IMG/VR virus record: IMGVR_UViG_3300021502_000001
Span: 1 to 53,310 of that record
Length of the DNA stretch: 53,310 nucleotides
Direction: 5' to 3' (one strand)
DNA from: a virus
Lineage: Duplodnaviria > Caudoviricetes
Part shown: one piece after another, positions 40,005 to 49,039 of the stretch
How positions within the stretch are numbered: position 1 is the first letter of the stretch
Layout: each line of letters starts with the position of its first letter
Position numbers and translations under genes: made by a program
The notes under the pieces: model-generated
What the model saw: the letters and a program-made list of their open reading frames with translations, nothing else
What the model was told of the DNA's origin: nothing
Databases searched by the model: none

Positions 40005-41075
40005 CTATAGTGATCTATCGATGATCCCCATTCCTAACATTCTTGGATCTAAACAAGCAAATCCTAACTCAGCCCATCCAAAAAAGCCTTGCTGTTGTCG
40101 TCTAAGCAACGTTGGATCGTCAATAGCAGCAAATTCTTTACGTATTGGCATTACTAATGAATCATTGGTTGTCAAATCAAACCCAAGTATTTGAGTTTCA
40201 CCTAACGTAGAAATTGTGCCGTCGGCAGCTGTTTTATTAGGGTTATCAGGTGTATAACTATTATAATTTCCACTCGCTTCAACTGTAAATTTTCCATATT
40301 CGGAATCATTACTGTTGATATTATAAAGTCCTACAGCCCCCAAATGTTGTACCTCATGAAGTGCAACATTCCAAATTTTTCCCATACCTGACGCTTGAAA
40401 GATTTCACGCCGTGTAATTGGATCAATATCTGTATCAGTCCATTCACGAATGTCAGCGGCATCTTCGGGTGCCAAGTATAAATCAGTCAAGGTTCGACCA
40501 ATCCTTTTAAATCCTACAATCATCTTATTTATGAGTTCCTTTGACAGATATCCAGCACCAGTAGATGTTGGATTAATCTCATAAATCGGAGCTGGTCTTG
40601 ACCCAAGGAGCCCCTTCCCTGAAAATGAAGATGTAGCAGCAGGCATAATAACTCTCCATCCGCAATCCTCTTCATAATTTGCCAAAGCTTTAGCTGCAGC
40701 CGCAGCAGATCGTTGTGGTATATCTAAACGCGAATCCCTCGCGTAGGTAACTTTCCAATTCCCAGAAGTATCAATAGCAAAAGTGGGAACAACTACATCC
40801 TCACCAATACCCTCGATAAAGTTCTGAGCTATATAACCAAGCCCAGGTAAAACCCAAACTGGAATTTCCATGTCTTCTGCTATAGGGTAAATTGCTTGTG
40901 CACCCGGTTCAAGTTTCTCAACTGTGAATAGCTGTCGCATGATTGATTCCAGTTCAATTTTCTGTAAAATTGGAATTGTAAGTGCTGAAGCAAACGCCTG
41001 ATACGCCGCTAAACCTTCAGGGGTATGTGCATCTGCTGTAGCTTTAAAAAGCTCTTTCATTTTTTTAACGTCCAT
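40005..41075 (-). CDS. Major capsid protein (HK97-type, inferred)
   Basis: 356 aa with AAGGAGGAG RBS and downstream terminator. Synteny is portal-protease-scaffold-decoration-MCP. C-terminal 'GFFGWAELGFACLDPR' fits this role. Confidence 0.82.
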   Translation of the reverse strand: MDVKKMKELFKATADAHTPEGLAAYQAFASALTIPILQKIELESIMRQLFTVEKLEPGAQAIYPIAEDMEIPVWVLPGLGYIAQNFIEGIGEDVVVPTFAIDTSGNWKVTYARDSRLDIPQRSAAAAAKALANYEEDCGWRVIMPAATSSFSGKGLLGSRPAPIYEINPTSTGAGYLSKELINKMIVGFKRIGRTLTDLYLAPEDAADIREWTDTDIDPITRREIFQASGMGKIWNVALHEVQHLGAVGLYNINSNDSEYGKFTVEASGNYNSYTPDNPNKTAADGTISTLGETQILGFDLTTNDSLVMPIRKEFAAIDDPTLLRRQQQGFFGWAELGFACLDPRMLGMGIIDRSL

Positions 41076-41143
41076 ATTACAACTCCTCCTTTAATTAATT
41101 TAGGATACAAAATTAATTGTTTTCATCCTATTTTTTAATATTA

Positions 41144-41776
41144 CTATATCATTAATTTAATTCTTATTGGATATAATACTGTATTAGCCACATTAGCTTC
41201 GGCTTTACCAGCACTAACCCCTTTCATAACCTTAGCAACTACAACTGTATTCAAACGCTCACCTGTATCAATGTCATCAGTTGAGGTATTGCCTGAATTG
41301 GTAACCCTACCTTCTCCGTTTGCTACAGCGTACAACACATCCCCAGGGGACATTTTAGCTCCTGATTCTACAGTATAATGGCAGGTGTCCCAAATACCAT
41401 TATGGGCTACACCAACCGGAACCTCTTTAGTTCCAATAATAGCGCCACTGGCATTATACAAAGCCTGTGCTATTACGTCGCTACTTCCAAGATCGCCTGG
41501 AAGCATAAAACCTGTAGGGTGTACCTGATGGTACCCGGTTTTAACTTTCTGCATAGAAAAACCAAAAGGTATTTTTTCGGTAACCTCCGAAGAAGCATAC
41601 TCACTCTGCAAATTATATCGGAGTACTTCGGATTCTTCATTATTCGCACCTTTCTTTAAATATAAAACTGAACCAGCATAAGCTATAACCCCACCAACAC
41701 CGGCAGAACCGGTACCAGATTGGGTTGCGTATTTACAAAACTGATTCTCAATAACAGGATGTCTAGGTATAAACAT
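41144..41776 (-). CDS. Putative capsid decoration/cement protein
   Basis: 210 aa directly upstream of MCP, with 'PGDVLYAVANGEGRVT' typical of beta-tulip decoration proteins. Confidence 0.6.
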   Translation of the reverse strand: MFIPRHPVIENQFCKYATQSGTGSAGVGGVIAYAGSVLYLKKGANNEESEVLRYNLQSEYASSEVTEKIPFGFSMQKVKTGYHQVHPTGFMLPGDLGSSDVIAQALYNASGAIIGTKEVPVGVAHNGIWDTCHYTVESGAKMSPGDVLYAVANGEGRVTNSGNTSTDDIDTGERLNTVVVAKVMKGVSAGKAEANVANTVLYPIRIKLMI

Positions 41777-41791
41777 GTATTATTCCTCCCT

Positions 41792-42472
41792 CTATGATTT
41801 AGATTCTGCCCAAGCTGCAGCCATAGATTTTCCAAGATCTGTATAATCGGAAACTATGTCCTCTGGAGTTACCTCCAAATTAAAAGCTGCTTGTTCAGAA
41901 TTATCAACATTAATATCCATATCTGGTGTAACAACATCTGGTTTAACAGACGGGGCATCACCATCAGGCACAACTACATTAGCTAATTCAGTTTCAATAG
42001 ATTTTCTTAACTCTACTAATTCTTTTTTATAGCCGGCAAACTCCTCATCTGACATTTCTCTAACTTTTACACGCTGGGCACTCTCATCGGTGCTTACAAC
42101 CTTACTATCTATAAGATCTGAAATACGAACTTCAGCAGTCATATCTTTTTCCATAGCTACCATTTTACTTTCTGAATCACCTAACTTAGTAATGGTGTCC
42201 TCAAGCTGCTTCGTAACTTCTTCCACTTTTGCTTTTTCAGCACCCACATCTTTTACTTGTTTAGCTATTGTTATTTCTGCTTCAGAAATTTTAGATTCAA
42301 GATCAGTTATAATCTCTTCTTTTTTTGTTACAGAAGCCGTTAACTCTTTCACAACTTTAGCAGAGCCTTTAAGGGCTTCCTCTGTGAGACGTTTCTTATC
42401 AATATCTTCTTTTTCAGAAAATATAGTTGATACTATCATCTCGACATCTTTTTTTAAAGCGTCTTTGTCCAT
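41792..42472 (-). CDS. Putative scaffolding protein
   Basis: 226-aa E/K-rich coiled coil with AAGGAGG RBS, located between the protease and capsid genes. Confidence 0.6.
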   Translation of the reverse strand: MDKDALKKDVEMIVSTIFSEKEDIDKKRLTEEALKGSAKVVKELTASVTKKEEIITDLESKISEAEITIAKQVKDVGAEKAKVEEVTKQLEDTITKLGDSESKMVAMEKDMTAEVRISDLIDSKVVSTDESAQRVKVREMSDEEFAGYKKELVELRKSIETELANVVVPDGDAPSVKPDVVTPDMDINVDNSEQAAFNLEVTPEDIVSDYTDLGKSMAAAWAESKS

Positions 42473-42613
42473 AAAAATTTTTCCTCCTTGTATCCATTAA
42501 TTTATACTACTATAAAAATTTATAACCCGAATATTTCCCAGTCCTTTTTCATTGATTACTACTAAATATACATGCTATAAAATTAATATACTGCGTTAAA
42601 GCAGTTTATAATT

Positions 42614-43033
42614 TTACGGTAATGCAGGCATATATGTATAATTAGATGTACAATTAATACTGGATATAACTGGATCTGCTCCCAGCATAAACTTTACATC
42701 AACTTCTACATCAGCGGAGCATGTTGACTTTATTATTAACTTATTGTTACCCCTATCTCTTTCTATATACACATAACCATCTTGGGTACCGCTTGTAACT
42801 GTAAGTTGTACGTTAGCATCAGATGCTAACTCATAACCGTGAAACTTTATTCCACTAGCTAAAACAGTTTCTGTTCCAGATGCTGCTAACGTAGTAAATC
42901 CAAATATGAATGGGTAGGCATGGTTGTTACCTAAGTTACGGTAAACAACTTTTAAGTTATCATCACCATTAATACGTGTAATCTTGGGCGTACTTTTCAA
43001 TAATCCAGTCTGTGCATTTCCTAATTGTGGCAT
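42614..43033 (-). CDS. Hypothetical head-associated protein
   Basis: 139-aa beta-rich ORF with AAGGAG RBS. Confidence 0.6.
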   Translation of the reverse strand: MPQLGNAQTGLLKSTPKITRINGDDNLKVVYRNLGNNHAYPFIFGFTTLAASGTETVLASGIKFHGYELASDANVQLTVTSGTQDGYVYIERDRGNNKLIIKSTCSADVEVDVKFMLGADPVISSINCTSNYTYMPALP

Positions 43034-43045
43034 AATTGATCTCCT

Positions 43046-44254
43046 TTACGATAAAGTTTTTACTGCCTCGTGTAAAGCAGCTTTTAATTCATTTAACAGC
43101 ATTTCTTTTGATTTATCATTATAATTACAAGACATTATATTAGAAATTACTGTCTTAGCTGTTGCTTTTATTTGATTTCTCAAACAATCAGGGTCGGTGG
43201 TATCTCTCGAAAAGGACGTGCATTCTTGTTTGTACGCGGTACACCAATTCTTGTGTATAATGCTACCTTTTTTGTCTGTTACTCGTTTTTTGTAGTTTAC
43301 ACATATACCAACAGTATCCTTATATTCTAAATCAGAATCTTCTAATTTATCTTTATCAACAACCGTTTTATCTTCAATAACAACATCTTCGTTGTTACTT
43401 GTTTCTATTCTATTTGAGGTTACATTATTATTATCTTTTTGCGCGGATTCTAAATCCTCATTTATCATAATAATACAATTATTTTCATCTATAACTGTAA
43501 CATCATCAATAGCTGTTTCTAATACTACAGATGGTGGGTTAGCAGGGTTTTTAACAAATCCAACGCCGGCAAAATGAACACCCCTCAATACTCTATCTAT
43601 TACTCCATTTGCGACTTCGTTACCCTCTTTTATAATTTTAGCAGTTTTACCAAACACACTATCTTTGCATGCTAAACCCAAAAGCTCTGCCTCCGGTTTA
43701 CTTATTATTGTATTACCTATTTTAATATCATAGGATTGATAAAAACACTCCATAGATACTTTCCATAAATTTTTATCTACCTCGTCAGCAATTTCAGGAA
43801 ACCTGTGTTTATATACAACGCCTGCTATTAATATATGGATTTCTTTTTCATCTAATACAGCTGTTTCAAGTTTTGATAACTCCTCTAATTGCAAAGGGTT
43901 GTGATTTTCATCTACGAATGCTTTATCATAAATGTGCCCCACTATGTTGTCTTCGACATGTTCCATATCAACACCCTTCATTTGAACCGTTTCTTCAGCG
44001 GCTACCAACTCTGACGGTAAAAAGTAAGCATGGTTTAAATTAGCGCCGCTAGAAACAAATACTGCTGAAAAATAAAGAAGGTCTGCCTGTTTATCTTTAC
44101 CTGTTGGTAAATCAATACATGCGGATGCCATTTCCTTACGTTCCTTTGTAGGCTCTTCTATATCAATATTAGCCTCTAAATACATCTGCAACTTATTATT
44201 ATCCACTCTGTAACCTCCAATATTTTTAATATTTTTCTTTCTTTTGAAACCCAT
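43046..44254 (-). CDS. Putative prohead protease (likely start GTG 44206)
   Basis: 'ANLNHAYF', 'DMEH....IVGH', 'VSMEC', 'FAGVGFVKNPANPPSVV' fit herpes/HK97-fold prohead proteases. Located downstream of the portal. Confidence 0.72.
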   Translation of the reverse strand: MGFKRKKNIKNIGGYRVDNNKLQMYLEANIDIEEPTKERKEMASACIDLPTGKDKQADLLYFSAVFVSSGANLNHAYFLPSELVAAEETVQMKGVDMEHVEDNIVGHIYDKAFVDENHNPLQLEELSKLETAVLDEKEIHILIAGVVYKHRFPEIADEVDKNLWKVSMECFYQSYDIKIGNTIISKPEAELLGLACKDSVFGKTAKIIKEGNEVANGVIDRVLRGVHFAGVGFVKNPANPPSVVLETAIDDVTVIDENNCIIMINEDLESAQKDNNNVTSNRIETSNNEDVVIEDKTVVDKDKLEDSDLEYKDTVGICVNYKKRVTDKKGSIIHKNWCTAYKQECTSFSRDTTDPDCLRNQIKATAKTVISNIMSCNYNDKSKEMLLNELKAALHEAVKTLS

Positions 44255-44582
44255 TCTCTATCATAACATCAGCAAACCAGTTTCCATTAGGTAGAACAAT
44301 AGAAGCTAAATAACGGCCATATATACCAGGTACTGGTTCTGTAATTATTGTAACTTGCTTATTTAACAACAATTCTTTAGCAAATTCAGAAGCCTTTTTA
44401 CCATGTAATTTTTCTGCTTCACTTTTTGGCCTATAAACTTCTGGGGTGTCTAAATCTTTAATTCTAAATTTACTGGTGAATTTCAATTTAAACCCTAAAT
44501 CAAGTTCTGCTTCTATGGTGTCCCCGTCTATTATGCGTTTTATTATTGCGTTATAAGTATATAACATTTTAATTACCTTCAT
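44226..44582 (-). CDS. Thermonuclease (SNase-like)
   Basis: RIIDGDTI...DLGF...RIKDLDTPE...GIYGRYLA. Confidence 0.85.
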   Translation of the reverse strand: MKVIKMLYTYNAIIKRIIDGDTIEAELDLGFKLKFTSKFRIKDLDTPEVYRPKSEAEKLHGKKASEFAKELLLNKQVTIITEPVPGIYGRYLASIVLPNGNWFADVMIENGFQKKEKY

Positions 44583-45429
44583 TATAAAAATAACTGTATC
44601 TTTTATTTAAAATTGCTTTGTACCAAGCCTTGTGCCATTCTCGATCTGTATTTGCTCTAGAATTGCAGGATCTACAAACCGTGATAAGATTTTCTGGTAC
44701 GCAGGATTTTTTGTTATAATCTATGTGGTGAACAGACAATGTTTTATCTTTATCCCAACAATCGGGGTTTAAACATCTATGACCATCCCGTTCTTTAACA
44801 AACCCTTTCAGATCTTTCCCCCAGTCTTGACAATAAGGTTCTTTTGAGATACCGCCTTTCCAACGCGGGTGCCTTTTTTTACACTCTATACAAAAACATC
44901 TTGTACCTAATTGCCATGCATGCCAATCTGTAGCATGTATATTACCGTTTGGACAAATATACCGCAATTTAGTTTCAGCATTTATATACTCAGTGCTTAA
45001 AAGAATATACCCCTCTGAAAAAAATATACCCTTAAGTTGTTCTATAGTAACTTTTATCCTTAAATCACATAAATTACAAATACATCTGTGACCCTGTTGC
45101 CAATCATTCCATCTAATACAACCAATTTTTCCATTTGGACAAAGGTAATCAAGTTTTTGTTTATTGTTTATATACTCTTTAGTCAACAAGGTATAACCTT
45201 CTTTTTCAAACTCTAATTTAATAAATCCAATAGTTTTTTTAAATTTTCCAGAACAACAAGGGCATCTGTCCCCACTTCCCCAACATCCCCATGTAACACT
45301 GTGTTTGGTTCCACATGGACAAATATATTCTAATTTTTGTGAATTATTTATATACTCCGTACTCAATAAGGTATAACCCTCTTTCTCAAAACCTTTTTTA
45401 ACAAACTCATATGTTAATCTTTTACTCAT
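44569..45429 (-). mobile_element. HNH homing-endonuclease-like gene (paralog C)
   Basis: Three N-terminal repeats, then WKGGISKEPYCQDW...HHIDYNKKSC.PENLITVCRSCN. Confidence 0.85.
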
Positions 45430-45432
45430 ATT

Positions 45433-47313
45433 TTATCTACCCAGTCCCTCAACAAACTTAATATACTGTTCTTCTGTAAGAACTTCACTAACTCCTTTTA
45501 AAAACATAGCATATTCAACATCTGACATGTCTTTTACACTATTAGCTTTTTTGGGTTTAGGGGCTTTTGTTTTAGTCGTAGTATTAGTATCTTTAACTTT
45601 CTGTGTTGTTGTTCCTGGAGGTCTTCCGGAACTCGGTGTTCCTACAGGAGCTTCTTGATTTGGTTGTTTCGAGTTTTGAAATGGGGATCCAAATAATCCA
45701 AAAGTTCCCTCTTGAACCATCGGTAATTCCTCCTCCATGTTTTTTAATTCGTTTGTGTAATCAAAACCAAGTGCTTCTAAAGTCGTCTTATAACTTAACG
45801 CTCTACGATCAAGAAATTGTGCAAGTACTGTCATAAACAATATAGAATCCTTTAGAATACTATCGTCCCATCTTATTTTTGGATATTTTTTAAAATTTAA
45901 TGCTTCAGCAATTTGAGCATATTCACGATATATCCAACGAGTTACTTGTCTTCTAGCATAAGAAACTTCCTCACTTAAGCCCTTAAGAAGCATCTCCATT
46001 TCTGATGTGGATACCTCCCCAACCCCGTCAATTATTGCCCTTGGAACTGACAATCCTGCTGTTATTTCGTTATTTACCTGTTTATATTTATCCTCTCCTA
46101 AAATACTTTCTATTTCTGGAGAAATAATTTTTTCAACTTTCAATGTGTGATTCCAAACTACAGAAAAACTTTTTGAGGGAGTATTGAATATGCTGGCGAC
46201 TGCTTCCAATTCTTGCTGAGAAACTACAGGGTAATCATCATTCCCAATCGTTATTTTTAGTATGTAATTGGTTATACCATCTAAGGTACTCAAATCTGCT
46301 TCTCTTAAAGATTTTTGATATTCAATAGCTTCAAAAATGCGTCCAGTTCTAGGTTTTGCATATCGCTCATATGGTTGTTTCCTATACGATATATTACCAA
46401 CCAATTTTGAATCTAAAACATATGGTTTAGACTCTTTAACTGCTGCTTTTAATTCAGAAGGTAACGCCTTTAAAATAATTTTCTCATCTTCAGTTAAGTC
46501 ACCTGCTGATTTCTCAATCAAATCTTTTAATTCTTTAGGTATCTCCATAGAGTATGATTTCTTATCAAACAACAAACTACCATCAACAGATACCAACTCT
46601 GGGTTTAATACTGTGTAAGCAACAGGTAAATAATTTTTTGACCATGTATTTTTCTTGGCCGCTTTTAAAGTTTTATACCTTTTTGAAGCAACTAAAGATT
46701 TTACTTCTTCTTCATACTCTCTATCTTGCTTTCTTGATAACTCTTTTATACGGGCAACTTCCTTCTTTTCAGTGGCATTCATATAAGATACTTTTGGCTC
46801 ATATTTTGATACTACTTTAAAAGTAAACACATTTCCTACCTTAAAAAAGTCTAAAAATACCCATTCTAAAAGTTCTGCAAAACCAACATCGTATGTCCAC
46901 GCATCATAAAACTTTTTTATATTTTCATCATCTATATCATTTTCAAAACCTTTACTGGCTAATGAAGCTAACAAATTTATAGCTGATCCAACCAAGGGTT
47001 CAGTATAATAATATTTTGATGCTTTTTTTATTATATTTTGATGTGTATCTTCATAGACATTTTTTCCTGCTGATAAATCCAAATAACTCTGTGACAAAGC
47101 AGTTCTATCTATTACAGAAGCCCTTTCTTTAAATACTTTTGGAACTACGCTGCCTACAACTGGGTTATCTAGAAATGCCAATGACTTCTGTGTGGGCTTC
47201 AACATAAATGTTGATTTTCCATTATTCTCATCAACAGAAATAGACTCTATCCCAACTTCTGGGTATCTTTCTTTTAAGTCTGATGTTATTTGTTCTAATT
47301 TCTCAATGTTCAT
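45433..47313 (-). CDS. Portal protein
   Basis: 626 aa between terminase and protease. Helical, with 'YYYTEPLVGSAIN', 'DFFKVGNVF' and a disordered tail containing 'SGRPP'. Confidence 0.78.
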   Translation of the reverse strand: MNIEKLEQITSDLKERYPEVGIESISVDENNGKSTFMLKPTQKSLAFLDNPVVGSVVPKVFKERASVIDRTALSQSYLDLSAGKNVYEDTHQNIIKKASKYYYTEPLVGSAINLLASLASKGFENDIDDENIKKFYDAWTYDVGFAELLEWVFLDFFKVGNVFTFKVVSKYEPKVSYMNATEKKEVARIKELSRKQDREYEEEVKSLVASKRYKTLKAAKKNTWSKNYLPVAYTVLNPELVSVDGSLLFDKKSYSMEIPKELKDLIEKSAGDLTEDEKIILKALPSELKAAVKESKPYVLDSKLVGNISYRKQPYERYAKPRTGRIFEAIEYQKSLREADLSTLDGITNYILKITIGNDDYPVVSQQELEAVASIFNTPSKSFSVVWNHTLKVEKIISPEIESILGEDKYKQVNNEITAGLSVPRAIIDGVGEVSTSEMEMLLKGLSEEVSYARRQVTRWIYREYAQIAEALNFKKYPKIRWDDSILKDSILFMTVLAQFLDRRALSYKTTLEALGFDYTNELKNMEEELPMVQEGTFGLFGSPFQNSKQPNQEAPVGTPSSGRPPGTTTQKVKDTNTTTKTKAPKPKKANSVKDMSDVEYAMFLKGVSEVLTEEQYIKFVEGLGR

Positions 47314-47372
47314 TAACTACTCCAATTTTATTACGTTTTAAGCATGATGGGAGAATTTGTTATTACTATATA

Positions 47373-47384
47373 ATAGTCAGTTTA
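47373..47384 (-). promoter_or_regulatory. Conserved motif TAAACTGACTAT, copy 3 (1 mismatch)
   Basis: Intergenic, 60 nt upstream of the portal start, followed by TATATAGTAA. Confidence 0.5.
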
Positions 47385-47405
47385 ATGCTGGCATTGATAT
47401 AGCTA

Positions 47406-47636
47406 TTAAATTTTTTCCCATGAATTAAATGTTTCTGTATAACTATAATTAGGCCACTGTTGAGCATATCCAGTTCCAGAAATAGTCTGTGCCCAGGTTT
47501 CTCCTCGCCATACTTCTTCAATTCTAACCTCATTATCATCAGAACCATAGTAAATAGTAATAGTAGGATTATACCCTTCTCCTCCAACCATAACACTTGT
47601 GTAAAACTTACTTTTTCTTAAATTTCTATAATCCAT
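47406..47636 (-). CDS. Hypothetical protein
   Basis: 76 aa with AGGAG RBS. Confidence 0.6.
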   Translation of the reverse strand: MDYRNLRKSKFYTSVMVGGEGYNPTITIYYGSDDNEVRIEEVWRGETWAQTISGTGYAQQWPNYSYTETFNSWEKI

Positions 47637-47740
47637 TAATTATCTCCTGTTAATCTTTAATTTATCATAATAAATTACCATAGTAGTAATCAAGTAGTAA
47701 CAAATTATAGTAGCAACCAAACAGTAACAACTCTCACCGT

Positions 47741-48682
47741 CTAAAACGGTACTGCTAAATTTATTCCATAAACAACACCATCATTACTCAGCCCTACACT
47801 TGGGCCAACAAACGTATTATTAATTAAAGGTAAGTAATCTCCTATATTATATTGTACTAGTGATACTCCTACTATTGCTGAAGAAGTTTCTCCACCACCA
47901 TATACATTTAAAAATAATAAATCATTATCTACTTTTGTTCTACCATAAGAAAATAAACTAATTCCTATAACTGGGGATACTATCCCTGTTTGTGCTGTTA
48001 AACCAAGGTTTAAATTAGGGCTCCATCTAAATTTTTTAGTTTTTATTTTTCTTTTTTCCCAGGTTATTTTTTTTATATTGATTGGGTGTTTGATGTTAGC
48101 ATATTCTTTTATAAAATTACTTTCTATGTATGACTCTATAACTTTGTCATATGTTCCATCTTCTCTTTCTGACATTATTATATTTGTATGTAAATCCAAT
48201 TTAAATAATTGTGATGTCCATCTACTAATATCTTCTTTTAGCCCGAAATTATAATATACATTTCCTATTGGGTATTCTTTGCCTTCAGAGTCTTCTCTAA
48301 ATAAAGTTACTACGTCAAATGATTTAGTTTTATCAATGTCTGTATAAATACTATTTTCTAATTCTTGAATTTTTGAATTTAATGTTGTATTTACTATGCC
48401 TATTTCAGATATTATTTGATTTGATTTTTTTATTTGTTCTATTGCTTTACTATTACTTTTTAAACTTTTAATTAATTGTTTAAGGGTTTTATTATTTTCA
48501 ACTAATCTTACATGTTCTATTGAATCAGATACTTTATAATATGTGGTTTCTTTTGGCGCGGAAAGAAAAATATCTTTATTGTTGTTTTCTAAAAAACCTA
48601 TAAGTTTAACTACAATAATTAACAAAATTACCATTTTAAATACTGGATACAAATCTTGAATAATAACGCTATTAAATTTCAT
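47741..48682 (-). CDS. Membrane-anchored protein (possible spanin-like lysis protein)
   Basis: N-terminal hydrophobic helix, coiled coil, then C-terminal amphipathic beta-strands ending in Phe. Adjacent to a holin-like gene. Confidence 0.5.
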   Translation of the reverse strand: MKFNSVIIQDLYPVFKMVILLIIVVKLIGFLENNNKDIFLSAPKETTYYKVSDSIEHVRLVENNKTLKQLIKSLKSNSKAIEQIKKSNQIISEIGIVNTTLNSKIQELENSIYTDIDKTKSFDVVTLFREDSEGKEYPIGNVYYNFGLKEDISRWTSQLFKLDLHTNIIMSEREDGTYDKVIESYIESNFIKEYANIKHPINIKKITWEKRKIKTKKFRWSPNLNLGLTAQTGIVSPVIGISLFSYGRTKVDNDLLFLNVYGGGETSSAIVGVSLVQYNIGDYLPLINNTFVGPSVGLSNDGVVYGINLAVPF

Positions 48683-48685
48683 GAG

Positions 48686-48991
48686 CTACTCATCCAATTG
48701 TGTACCGTCTTCAATTAACTTAGTTTTAGCAATTATTCTGCAAGTTGCCAGTGTAATAAAACCACCACCTAAAAACGCTAAACCTATAGTATCACTTATC
48801 CATGGTTTTGTAGTTCCAGGTACTAAATGAAACATACCCCATATAACAGGTAAATATATTAATATCATCCATTGGTATTTTACAGAAGCTATATTTCTAA
48901 ATATTTTTTGTACCCATAAATCCCAAAATGATTTATTAAAAGCACTCAACATTAATTGTCTCCATACATAAACATATTTTATTTTGTGCAT
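48686..48991 (-). CDS. Small two-TM protein, holin-like
   Basis: 101 aa with two hydrophobic segments and a charged C-terminus. Confidence 0.45.
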   Translation of the reverse strand: MHKIKYVYVWRQLMLSAFNKSFWDLWVQKIFRNIASVKYQWMILIYLPVIWGMFHLVPGTTKPWISDTIGLAFLGGGFITLATCRIIAKTKLIEDGTQLDE

Positions 48992-49024
48992 AAAAATTAT
49001 TATTAATTAACCTTCTATTTTAAC

Positions 49025-49036
49025 ATAGTTAGTTTA
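49025..49036 (-). promoter_or_regulatory. Conserved motif TAAACTAACTAT, copy 4
   Basis: In the 48-nt gap between the terminase stop and the holin-like gene. Confidence 0.5.
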
Positions 49037-49039
49037 ATG

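Noticed and set aside
47670-47735. Short AGTAGTAA/AGTAGCAA/CAGTAACAA repeats as a mini-CRISPR or iteron array
   Set aside because: Units are about 8 nt, degenerate and irregularly spaced, with no spacer structure or cas genes.
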